Shown here piece after piece: positions 1-7,800 of a stretch of 32,000 bases of DNA. The DNA is from Erysipelothrix inopinata (lineage in GTDB: Bacteria; Bacillota_I; Bacilli_A; Erysipelotrichales; Erysipelotrichaceae): positions 420,001 through 452,000 of the forward strand of contig NZ_CP060715.1 of assembly GCF_014396165.1 (NCBI RefSeq), read 5' to 3'. The notes beneath the pieces were generated by a model. The model ran no database searches. It was given only the letters and a program-made list of their open reading frames with translations, and was not told the DNA's origin. How positions within the stretch are numbered: the stretch's first letter is position 1; every line of letters starts with the position of its first letter. A program made the position numbers and the translations under genes.

Positions 1-1
1 G

Positions 2-172
2 GAATTTGTGAGTGTTGATGAGAACGGCATTGTAACTGTCAGACTCCTTGGAGCATGTGTCGGTTGCGGTCTTATTGACTATACACTACGAGGCGGTGTT
101 GAAGCCTTGTTAATGGATGAAATTCCTGAAGTGACTGGCGTCATTGCCGAAGATTACTTTACAGACTTATAG
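2..172 (+). CDS. NifU/Nfu-type Fe-S cluster scaffold domain protein, C-terminal fragment (5' end lies outside the window)
   Basis: The frame is open from the window edge. It translates to EFVSVDENGIVTVRLLGACVGCGLIDYTLRGGVEALLMDEIPEVTGVIAEDYFTDL, which carries the GACxxC motif typical of NifU C-terminal domains. The stop is TAG at 170-172 and a hairpin terminator follows directly. Confidence 0.7.
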   Translation, partial: EFVSVDENGIVTVRLLGACVGCGLIDYTLRGGVEALLMDEIPEVTGVIAEDYFTDL

Positions 173-178
173 ATGTTT

Positions 179-202
179 AAAGACGCTCATAGCGTCTTTT
201 TT
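179..202 (+). terminator. Rho-independent terminator after the NifU-like gene
   Basis: A perfect 9-bp stem, aaagacgct (179-187) with agcgtcttt (191-199), has a 3-nt loop and runs into a T tract. Confidence 0.75.
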
Positions 203-315
203 ATATTGATATTATAAATATTACTACTGTCAATCATCGTCATACTTTAGGAATAGGGATAAGAAATCTTAACTTCTTTAAAACTGTCCCCTAAAAGACA
301 TCATTCCAAAATCCA

Positions 316-324
316 TGCTATAAT
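316..324 (+). promoter_or_regulatory. Extended -10 promoter element (TGcTATAAT)
   Basis: The sequence tgctataat matches the TGnTATAAT extended -10 consensus. It lies about 30 nt upstream of a strong RBS (taggaggag) and the ATG at 354. No good -35 element is present. Confidence 0.4.
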
Positions 325-353
325 TAAATTGACATAAATGTTAGGAGGAGAAA

Positions 354-500
354 ATGGAAATAAAGAAGAAATTATCTGCCATATTTCTAGCATAGGCAAT
401 GCTTTCCACATTTATTTGGCCAATATCTTCCCAACACACTGATCAGAACGGATACATCAGTGAAGAACTAAAAAGTATGATATATCTTCCGAAAACATAG
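354..500 (+). pseudogene. Signal-peptide-like short ORF interrupted by an in-frame TAG; either a gene remnant or a 13-aa micro-ORF
   Basis: A strong RBS (AGGAGGAG) precedes the ATG at 354. The translation is MEIKKKLSAIFLA, then TAG (393-395), then in frame AMLSTFIWPISSQHTDQNGYISEELKSMIYLPKT with a stop at 498-500. No intact long ORF exists anywhere in 203-677 on either strand. Confidence 0.25.
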
Positions 501-677
501 TTTATTAATTGGTAAGTATGAAAACTGAATTGTTACTTCAAACAAACCAACTGTAGCTCATTTTCGATTCACTCAGACAATGAGGATGAAGGTTTCTCCA
601 AAAACGCACTCTTCGCTGCCAATATTCAGGACGCAACGACGCATATTCTACCTATTCATAATAAAAAAGGAGCCCTT

Positions 678-815
678 ATGACAACACTGATCTATTTAGT
701 AAAAATAGTAGTTATTTTATATTTGATTTTTCTTTATGTCAGATACATGAACGAACAACACAAACTTTATCTTTCCCATAAGGAAAAAGATGATTCATCA
801 AAGAAAGATAGGTAA
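678..815 (+). CDS. Hypothetical 45-aa small membrane protein
   Basis: An RBS (aaaaaaggag) sits 6-7 nt before the ATG at 678. The product is MTTLIYLVKIVVILYLIFLYVRYMNEQHKLYLSHKEKDDSSKKDR, with a hydrophobic N-terminal helix and a charged tail. A strong hairpin terminator follows about 45 nt downstream. The ORF is below the 60-aa cutoff of the ORF track. Confidence 0.3.
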   Translation: MTTLIYLVKIVVILYLIFLYVRYMNEQHKLYLSHKEKDDSSKKDR

Positions 816-859
816 AGTGCCAGGTTAGCATTGCAGTGGCATACTCTTGACTAAACAAA

Positions 860-901
860 GGCTGTATACTGAGATTAAAGTCTCAATATACAGCCTTTTT
901 T
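860..901. terminator. Bidirectional Rho-independent terminator
   Basis: The arms ggctgtatactgaga (860-874) and tctcaatatacagcc (881-895) pair over about 15 bp with one non-Watson-Crick position. A T6 run follows on the plus strand and an A-rich run lies on the other side. The hairpin sits immediately after the stop codon (900-902) of the minus-strand 72-aa gene. Confidence 0.7.
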
Positions 902-1118
902 ATTTCTTATCCTTATTACTTTCTTTATTGCCTTCTTTAAATAATTTCACGAGTTTTACAACCATCGTTACGATGAGTAATGTCATTACTGCATACATTC
1001 CCATTCGTAATGGTGTCCACCCACCATGACTAAACCATGCCGTATCTAAAATAATGATAAGTACGGTTCCCATACCTAAATAAGCAATTGAATTAAAGCG
1101 TTCATCTTTATTCTTCAT
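900..1118 (-). CDS. Small integral membrane protein (72 aa, 2 predicted TM), unknown function
   Basis: A strong RBS (ggagggg) lies 5 nt before the ATG. There are two hydrophobic segments (IAYLGMGTVLIIILDTAWF and MGMYAVMTLLIVTMVVKLV) and a Lys-rich tail. It is the last gene of the ABC exporter operon and is followed directly by a terminator. Confidence 0.6.
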   Translation of the reverse strand: MKNKDERFNSIAYLGMGTVLIIILDTAWFSHGGWTPLRMGMYAVMTLLIVTMVVKLVKLFKEGNKESNKDKK

Positions 1119-1150
1119 AAGTCCCCTCCACAGGATGTTTAGGATACGTA

Positions 1151-2947
1151 TTAATCTCCCTCACTAAATTGTGAGTTATAAAGAGTTGCGTAGAATCCAT
1201 CTTGAGCCAAGAGTTCATCATGCGTACCTTTTTCAACAATATCTCCCTTATCCATGACAAGAATAAGATCAGCATTACGAATTGTGGAAAGTCTGTGAGC
1301 AATAATAAAGCTCGTTCTTCCTACCATGAGTTGATCCAGTGCTTTTTGTATTAATACTTCAGTACGGGTATCAACAGAACTCGTAGCTTCATCCAAAATC
1401 ATAATCTTAGGATCCGCAAGAATCGCTCTCGCAATCGTTAAGAGTTGTTTTTGTCCTTGAGATATATTTGATGTATCTTCATTTAAGATTGTATCATATC
1501 CATCTGGAAGTGTCCTTACAAAATAGTCTACTTGTGCTTTCAACGCTGCTTCGTGAACTTCATCATCGGATGCTTCAAGCTTACCGTAGCGAATATTTTC
1601 CCGAATGGTATCACTGTATAACCATGTATCTTGGAGCACCATTCCAATAACTTCTCGTAATTCAGATCGTTTCACATCGCGGATATCAATACCATCAATT
1701 TTGATGGAACCACTGGTTACATCGTAGAATCTCATCAAGAGTTTCACAATTGTTGTTTTACCAGCTCCTGTAGGTCCTACAATTGCAATTTTTTGTCCTG
1801 GTTGAATTGTTGCGCTGAAGTCGTTGATAATAGGTACATTTACATCATAACCAAAGTGTACGTGATCAAATTCAACACTACCTTGAACTTCTTGTACATC
1901 GTGAGTTTCTTGAGTTTCTGAAATTTCTTCCGGTTGTTCAAGATAATCAAAGACACGTTCTGCAGCGGCAAGTGAGAGTTGTAATTGACTTGATAAGTTT
2001 CCCAACTGTGCAATCGGGTTCATAAAACTTCTCATATATTGAACGAAGGATTGAATGTCTCCAACACTAATAATTCCTTGTGTTGCAAACCATCCACCAA
2101 GTATACTTACAACAACATAGCCAAAGTTACCAATGAAGTTCATGATTGGATGAACCATACCTGAGAAGAAGTTACTCTTCCAAGCAGATGCATACAATTG
2201 ATCATTAACTTCATCAAATTGTTCAATCGATTTTTCTTCACCATTGAATGCTTTAATCAGTACATGACTTCCAAACATTTCTTCAATATGACTGTTTAAA
2301 TCTCCAAGATTTTTTTGTTGATCTTGGAAGAAACGTTGTGATTTAGAGAATACAAAGAACACCAGGCCAAATGAGAGTGGCAATACAAGAAGTGCTGCCA
2401 GTGTCATTTGCCAATTAATGGAGAACATCATGTAGAGAACTCCAATGATTGTTGTGACTGAAGTTAGAATTGAAGTTAAGCTACTTGTTAAGTTTGCATC
2501 GATAACATCAATATCGTTAGTAACATATGAAAGTACTTCCCCGACGGTTGTACCATCAAAATAACTAAGTGGTAATTTTTCAATTTTTTGATGCATATCA
2601 GTTCTAAGTTTGTACGTTACATTTCTTGAAATTCGAGCCATCATAACGCCTTGAATTAAACTAAATACTAAACTTAGTAAATAGACTACAAAGAGCCAAG
2701 TTAGAATAGATATGATTTTATCAAAATCAACACCACCCAAACCTTTAACACGATTTAATAAGCCTTCAAATAAAACAGTTGTTGCTTGACCCATAACTTT
2801 CGGTCCAATAATCGAGAAGATTGTGGAAGCTAGGGCAAAGATTAAGACGATAACAATTCCAACAGTATAGGGTTTGAGAAGTCCCCCTAATTTCGCAATA
2901 ACTTTCTTTTGATTACGAGGTTTTGAGTTTGTTTGATTATTTTTCAT
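1151..2947 (-). CDS. ABC exporter permease/ATPase fusion (type I exporter half-transporter) with a consensus-site NBD
   Basis: This 598-aa protein has a 6-TM N-terminal domain followed by an NBD. The NBD carries Walker A GPTGAGKTT, Q-loop VLQDT, Walker B IMILDE with the catalytic Glu, and H-loop IAHRLST. Its signature motif is non-canonical (ISQGQ rather than LSGGQ). The start overlaps the upstream partner gene by 11 nt. Confidence 0.9.
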   Translation of the reverse strand: MKNNQTNSKPRNQKKVIAKLGGLLKPYTVGIVIVLIFALASTIFSIIGPKVMGQATTVLFEGLLNRVKGLGGVDFDKIISILTWLFVVYLLSLVFSLIQGVMMARISRNVTYKLRTDMHQKIEKLPLSYFDGTTVGEVLSYVTNDIDVIDANLTSSLTSILTSVTTIIGVLYMMFSINWQMTLAALLVLPLSFGLVFFVFSKSQRFFQDQQKNLGDLNSHIEEMFGSHVLIKAFNGEEKSIEQFDEVNDQLYASAWKSNFFSGMVHPIMNFIGNFGYVVVSILGGWFATQGIISVGDIQSFVQYMRSFMNPIAQLGNLSSQLQLSLAAAERVFDYLEQPEEISETQETHDVQEVQGSVEFDHVHFGYDVNVPIINDFSATIQPGQKIAIVGPTGAGKTTIVKLLMRFYDVTSGSIKIDGIDIRDVKRSELREVIGMVLQDTWLYSDTIRENIRYGKLEASDDEVHEAALKAQVDYFVRTLPDGYDTILNEDTSNISQGQKQLLTIARAILADPKIMILDEATSSVDTRTEVLIQKALDQLMVGRTSFIIAHRLSTIRNADLILVMDKGDIVEKGTHDELLAQDGFYATLYNSQFSEGD

Positions 2948-5105
2948 ACTCTAATTCCTCCTTTGACAATTGTGAAGCAGCAATTTCGTAGTATGTAGGA
3001 CAGGATTTGAGAAGGTCATGGTGTTTACCAATACCCATGATTCGTCCGTTATCTAAGACCACAATTTGATCTGCATCCATAATAGTATTAACACGTTGAG
3101 CAACAATTAATAGGGTTGCATCACTCATGTTTTCTTTTATTGATTTTCTTAAGAGTTGATCAGTTTTAAAATCAAGTGCTGAGAAACTATCATCAAATAT
3201 ATAAATAGGAGCATGTTTCGTAAGAGCTCGTGCAATACTGATTCGTTGCTTTTGCCCTCCAGATACGTTTGTTCCACCTTGAGATATTTCCATATCAAGA
3301 CCTTCTTCTTTATTTAAAATGAAGGTTGCTTGCGCAATTTCTAGAGCTTTCTTGATTTCTTCTTCGGTAGCATTTTCATTACCGTAGGTTAAGTTATATC
3401 TTGCTGTTCCTGATAGTAACACACCTTTTTGAGGAATGTATCCAATGGATTCACGAAGTTCATGTTGTTCAACATGTCTTACATCTGTACCATTTACTAA
3501 GACCTCTCCCGAGGTGACATCATAGAATCTTGGAACTAAGTTAATTAGTGTTGATTTACCACTACCTGTTGATCCGATAAACGCTGTGGTTTCACCCGGT
3601 TTCGCTGTGAATGAAATATCCTTGAGGACGTATTCATCCGCATCACCATATTTGAAATCAACATCCTTAAACTCGACATAACCCTTACGACTTGAAATAA
3701 AGTCTTCAGGATGAGCATCGTCCTGAATTGAGACTTCTGTATCCAGTATTTCTGTAATACGATTTAAAGATACGATAGCTCTTGGGATAAAAATAAACAT
3801 CATCGCAATCATTAAGAATGACATAATGATTTGCATTGAATATTGCATAAAGGCCATCATATCCCCAATTTGTAGCACACCATCAGAAACTTGATTTGCT
3901 CCAAACCACAGGATTGCGATAATTGTTACGTTCATTACGAACATCATGATTGGCATTATGAGTGACATTAAGCGGTTCACAAACAGTGCCAGATCGGAAA
4001 CATCTCGATTGGCTTTATCAAAGCGATCATCTTCAAATTTCTTGTTACCAAATGCTCTGATTACCATAACTCCCGATAAATTTTCACGGAATACGAGATT
4101 AAGACGATCTACAAATTTTTGCATCTTCTTAAAGCGTGGTACAGCAATCACAGATACGATAAGTAATAGAACGAGTAGAATCGCACATGTTAGTGCAATA
4201 ATCCATGTCATTGATGTATCTCTTCTTGAAATCATAATGATACCACCAATAGCCATGATTGGCGCATAGATAAACATACGGATACCCATTGTAATCATCA
4301 TTTGTACTTGGCTGACGTCATTAACATTACGAACAACCATTGAAGATTGAGAGAACTTATCGAACTCTTCATTGGAAAAAGATTGAATTTTCATAAAGAT
4401 ATCACGACGAAGTCCTTTAGAAAATCCGGATCCAACGCGCGCAGACATGTATCCAATTACAATAGCAGCGACAACTCCTAAGAGCGTCATCCCAAGCATT
4501 TGCGCTCCGACGGAAATAATATATTTATTTTGTAGTGAATTGAGGTCAGTTCCCAATTCTTCATAGAAAGCCTTCGCCATGACAATACCAGTTTGTTGTT
4601 TTAAACTGTCTTCCATCGCGTGTGCTTTTTCATATGCTGTTTCTTTTACCGATTGATCCAACATTTGGAACATCGGAATTGCTTCATAGAGTTTTTCAAC
4701 TTTAAAATCATCGGTCATGGTCATTTGTGTTTGACCTTGCCCCTGATTCATTCCAGGTATATCCATATTCATAAGAGTCCAAACGGTTTCTCCCATGAGT
4801 AAATCTGCTTCATTACGATCAATATCACTTTTAATAGTATAAACATCAGAGTTTTTTTCTACATAATAGTTCTTAAATTCATCGCTTTGTTTTTGAGGCA
4901 AAATTGATTGTATGAGTTCGAGTCCATTATGACTAATTTCATCTGGACTGGCATGTTTAATACCGTTTTGTTGAATCCCTACGTTAACTATATCTGACAT
5001 ATAATTCGGTAGTTTTAAGTCAGCAAATGCTTGTACAAATAACAATGCAATTGCAGCGACAATCATCCAAATAAACGGTTTTATATTTTTCTTTACGTGT
5101 CTCAT
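2937..5105 (-). CDS. ABC exporter permease/ATPase fusion, the degenerate-site partner, with an enlarged first extracytoplasmic loop
   Basis: This 722-aa protein has Walker A GSTGSGKST and a canonical signature VSGGQKQR. Its Walker B reads IYIFDD, with Asp in place of the catalytic Glu. Its H-loop reads VAQRVNT, with Gln in place of His. About 170 residues lie between TM1 and TM2. An RBS (gaaggagagg) precedes the ATG. Confidence 0.9.
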   Translation of the reverse strand: MRHVKKNIKPFIWMIVAAIALLFVQAFADLKLPNYMSDIVNVGIQQNGIKHASPDEISHNGLELIQSILPQKQSDEFKNYYVEKNSDVYTIKSDIDRNEADLLMGETVWTLMNMDIPGMNQGQGQTQMTMTDDFKVEKLYEAIPMFQMLDQSVKETAYEKAHAMEDSLKQQTGIVMAKAFYEELGTDLNSLQNKYIISVGAQMLGMTLLGVVAAIVIGYMSARVGSGFSKGLRRDIFMKIQSFSNEEFDKFSQSSMVVRNVNDVSQVQMMITMGIRMFIYAPIMAIGGIIMISRRDTSMTWIIALTCAILLVLLLIVSVIAVPRFKKMQKFVDRLNLVFRENLSGVMVIRAFGNKKFEDDRFDKANRDVSDLALFVNRLMSLIMPIMMFVMNVTIIAILWFGANQVSDGVLQIGDMMAFMQYSMQIIMSFLMIAMMFIFIPRAIVSLNRITEILDTEVSIQDDAHPEDFISSRKGYVEFKDVDFKYGDADEYVLKDISFTAKPGETTAFIGSTGSGKSTLINLVPRFYDVTSGEVLVNGTDVRHVEQHELRESIGYIPQKGVLLSGTARYNLTYGNENATEEEIKKALEIAQATFILNKEEGLDMEISQGGTNVSGGQKQRISIARALTKHAPIYIFDDSFSALDFKTDQLLRKSIKENMSDATLLIVAQRVNTIMDADQIVVLDNGRIMGIGKHHDLLKSCPTYYEIAASQLSKEELEYEK

Positions 5106-5145
5106 CGATACCTCTCCTTCTATACTGAACTATGTTCATTAGTTT

Positions 5146-5174
5146 ATTATAATGCAACACACTTCTTTTCTCAA
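5146..5174 (-). promoter_or_regulatory. Candidate sigma-A promoter for the ABC exporter operon
   Basis: On the minus strand the sequence reads TTGAGA, then a 17-nt spacer, then TATAAT. The -35 element is at 5169-5174 and the -10 element at 5146-5151. The -10 lies about 40 nt upstream of the ATG at 5105. Confidence 0.4.
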
Positions 5175-5209
5175 TCAAAAACCACTAAAAATATAGCATT
5201 CAATTATTA

Positions 5210-5250
5210 ACTAAAAAGAAACTATTTCTCAATTTGAGATAGTTTCTTTC
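5210..5250 (-). terminator. Rho-independent terminator of the trmH-like/nadE operon
   Basis: A hairpin of about 15 bp with a 2-nt bulge spans agaaactat..tctca and tgaga..tagtttct. On the minus-strand RNA it is followed by UUUUU. The nadE stop codon (5229-5231) lies inside the stem. Confidence 0.65.
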
Positions 5251-6998
5251 GCAATTTGTTGCATCAGTGCTTGTGCATGTTCACTTACACGGAATGCAGA
5301 TTGACTTTCACGATAGGCAAGACCAAAGGCATATTCACTCACCGTTACAATTGGTGGCATTTGAATTCTTTTGTAAACTGCTGTATTCATCGTTTTTAGT
5401 ACCCAATTTAAGTCTTCAATAAATGCTGATCCCTGGTCAAGATGATACGCGTTTAAGTAACCACCTAACTCAGTATCATAGATTGTTTTATCTTGATACG
5501 ATTCCAAAAGATCAATTAATGAATATTTCATTAAGTAAGTTATTAATGCATCATGATATCCCCATTTCATCGGATCAAACTGATCTTGAGCAAGTTCTGC
5601 ACTCGGTGCAAAGTCCCAATCAATTTTCGTTTTACTTTGAATTGGAATCAAATTGATAGGAACAATCTCGGTTTGGGCACGTCTGTTGATGGATTGTGCA
5701 AGGGTTCCCACTTGCATTTTTGTTAGGTCACCAAGAATTGCTAATGCCCCAATTGCATCACCATAAAGTGTTGCGTAACCCAATGCTACTTCAATTTTAT
5801 TACCATTATTCATGATTACGCCATTTTCAAGGCTTGATAAACTCATTAGTGTATGACCTCTAAGTCTGGCTTGAATGTTTTCATATGCTAAGCCTTGGAC
5901 AGAATCATATCCCGATAAATTAAGTGCACCAACCGTAGCATCAACCATCCCACCAATAGGAATTTCTAAGAATCGAATTCCAAGTTTCTTACTGAGATGG
6001 TAAGCATTGTTTTTGGTTATCTCGCGACTGAAATTACTTGGCATTGTCACACCAATGACCCGATTTGAACCTAATGCTTCAACGAGAAGAGAAACTGATA
6101 CACTACTGTCAAGTCCTCCCGAAACACCCACAATCCAATTTGGTTTATAAGGTAATGTTTCTTCATCAAAATATTGAATGGCTTTAATCATGGCATCATG
6201 AATTTTATCATCATTTTTTTCAAGGGGTTTATGGTGTAGACGTGTTGTTTCCACAACCAGAACTTCGGATTCAAAGTTATCCGCAAGCATCGTAACGATA
6301 TCTCCCTGTTTAACCATACTTCCACCATCAAACAAGACAACATTTTTACCGTTATTTTGCATCCCGACAGCATTTACATAAATGAATGGAATATCAAGAT
6401 TGAGTGTCTCAATTTGCTCTAATCGTCTTCCTTCCTTATGTAATGTCCATGGTGAACATGAAATATTAATCATCATATCTGGTTGGTATGCCATCATTTT
6501 ATCAGTTGGTGAAAAATCATGACGATCATCCCACATATCTTCGCAAATTTGAATTGAAAGTTTTTCTCCCATATATTCAAAGGGTTCAAACAAACCTTCT
6601 CCAGCGTGGAAATAACGCTTATCATCGAATAATGTATAATTAGGCAATAAGTGTTTCTTGTAAATCCCTGGCTCTTTTTTAGAATTACGGTTTACCCATT
6701 CACCTTTTGCCGCAAAGAATGCAGCATTATAATTTTTATGATTCTCATGGTACAAGTTTCCCCAAATAATTCCTGTATTTTGACTGAGTAACTTGATTTC
6801 ATTATTATAGTGAGTCATCTCATTTACAAAGTCCTTTTGAAGAAAACGATCGCCGACATAATAGCCGCTAATGCACATTTCCGGGAAAACGATTAAATCT
6901 ACACTTGATTCATATTCTTTTACGATAGCTTTCATTGCTTCAAAGTTCTTTTGAGGCTGATTTGCTTGGACTCTCATTTGCGCAATTGCGATTTTCAT
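5229..6998 (-). CDS. nadE: Glutamine-dependent NAD+ synthetase (N-terminal CN-hydrolase domain plus C-terminal NAD synthetase domain)
   Basis: The 589-aa protein has an N-terminal nitrilase-type triad context (FPEMCISGY, KKHLLPNY, IQICEDMW). The C-terminal domain carries the SGGLDSS PP-loop ATP pyrophosphatase motif. Confidence 0.9.
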   Translation of the reverse strand: MKIAIAQMRVQANQPQKNFEAMKAIVKEYESSVDLIVFPEMCISGYYVGDRFLQKDFVNEMTHYNNEIKLLSQNTGIIWGNLYHENHKNYNAAFFAAKGEWVNRNSKKEPGIYKKHLLPNYTLFDDKRYFHAGEGLFEPFEYMGEKLSIQICEDMWDDRHDFSPTDKMMAYQPDMMINISCSPWTLHKEGRRLEQIETLNLDIPFIYVNAVGMQNNGKNVVLFDGGSMVKQGDIVTMLADNFESEVLVVETTRLHHKPLEKNDDKIHDAMIKAIQYFDEETLPYKPNWIVGVSGGLDSSVSVSLLVEALGSNRVIGVTMPSNFSREITKNNAYHLSKKLGIRFLEIPIGGMVDATVGALNLSGYDSVQGLAYENIQARLRGHTLMSLSSLENGVIMNNGNKIEVALGYATLYGDAIGALAILGDLTKMQVGTLAQSINRRAQTEIVPINLIPIQSKTKIDWDFAPSAELAQDQFDPMKWGYHDALITYLMKYSLIDLLESYQDKTIYDTELGGYLNAYHLDQGSAFIEDLNWVLKTMNTAVYKRIQMPPIVTVSEYAFGLAYRESQSAFRVSEHAQALMQQIAKETISN

Positions 6999-7708
6999 TA
7001 TTTGAGCTCCTTTTGTCTAAAGTATTCATATGCAAATACAGTACATGCTCCAACACTACTTAAAGATACACGAGCATCATAATCAATTCGTACACGTTCA
7101 TCACTCATATCCAACAGCTTACGTGATAAACCACGTAATGCACCACCAAAACAAACACAGAAACGATCTGGGTAAGTAAATTTGGTTAGGGAATGACTGG
7201 TCTCATCACGATGGGTTGCAATGATTGCGATGTTTTGTTTTTGAATCTTTTCAATCGTATCAATGAGATCTTCTGTTTGGTACCACCAAAGCGATTCACT
7301 GGCACCAGCACTCGCACGAATTAGTTTTGCTTCATGTTCATAAAAATCATAAGCTGGTGTCACAATGCCATCAAAACCAAGCGACGCGACAGTACGACAA
7401 ATCTCACCCAAGTTAAAGGGATCTGTTACACCTTCAACACAAACCAAAGCTAAATCTGCTTTGCCGAGTTTGTTGATGTTGTCATTAAGGCGTGGGCCAC
7501 ATTCTACAAGATAGCCACCATGTGACTTATTTTGAGCCAACTCATCCATGCTTTCGCGATCCATTCTTTCCACAAGAATTCCTTCCGCAATGCCTAAAAC
7601 ATAACGCGATTCTCGATCGTGATGTTTATCTAAAATCACAACACGCTTAATTTCACGTTTTCTTTCCTTTAGGATTGCTTTAACACTAATTTTTCCAGAT
7701 ACTATCAT
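6998..7708 (-). CDS. TrmH/SpoU-family RNA 2'-O-methyltransferase
   Basis: The 236-aa protein has an N-terminal L30e-like substrate-binding region and a C-terminal SpoU methylase-like region (NIAIIATHRDE...VCFGGALRGLSRKLL...VRIDYDARVSLSSVGACTVFAYE). It overlaps the nadE start by 1 nt. A GAGG RBS is present. Confidence 0.8.
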   Translation of the reverse strand: MIVSGKISVKAILKERKREIKRVVILDKHHDRESRYVLGIAEGILVERMDRESMDELAQNKSHGGYLVECGPRLNDNINKLGKADLALVCVEGVTDPFNLGEICRTVASLGFDGIVTPAYDFYEHEAKLIRASAGASESLWWYQTEDLIDTIEKIQKQNIAIIATHRDETSHSLTKFTYPDRFCVCFGGALRGLSRKLLDMSDERVRIDYDARVSLSSVGACTVFAYEYFRQKELK

Positions 7709-7773
7709 AATAACCTCGCTTATTTACATACCTCTATCATACCATAAACCATGGTTTCTTCTGTCAGATGGCA

Positions 7774-7800
7774 TAAAAAAAATGACAGAAACTGTCATTT
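7774..7800 (-). terminator. Rho-independent terminator ending the queA operon
   Basis: A perfect 9-bp stem, aaatgacag with ctgtcattt, has a 3-nt loop. On the minus-strand RNA it is followed by a U8 run. The stop codon of the SGNH-like gene (7795-7797) lies in the stem. Confidence 0.75.

Noticed and set aside
393-395. The in-frame TAG in the signal-peptide-like ORF as a recoding event (pyrrolysine or programmed read-through).
   Set aside because: I saw no downstream PYLIS-like structure and no pyl genes in the window. The downstream in-frame segment is short (34 codons) and ends without a domain. A simple nonsense mutation in a decaying gene is more parsimonious.
847-1029. A 60-aa plus-strand ORF overlapping the terminator hairpin and the 72-aa minus-strand gene.
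   Set aside because: It starts inside the terminator stem, has no RBS, and is antisense to a gene with a strong RBS.
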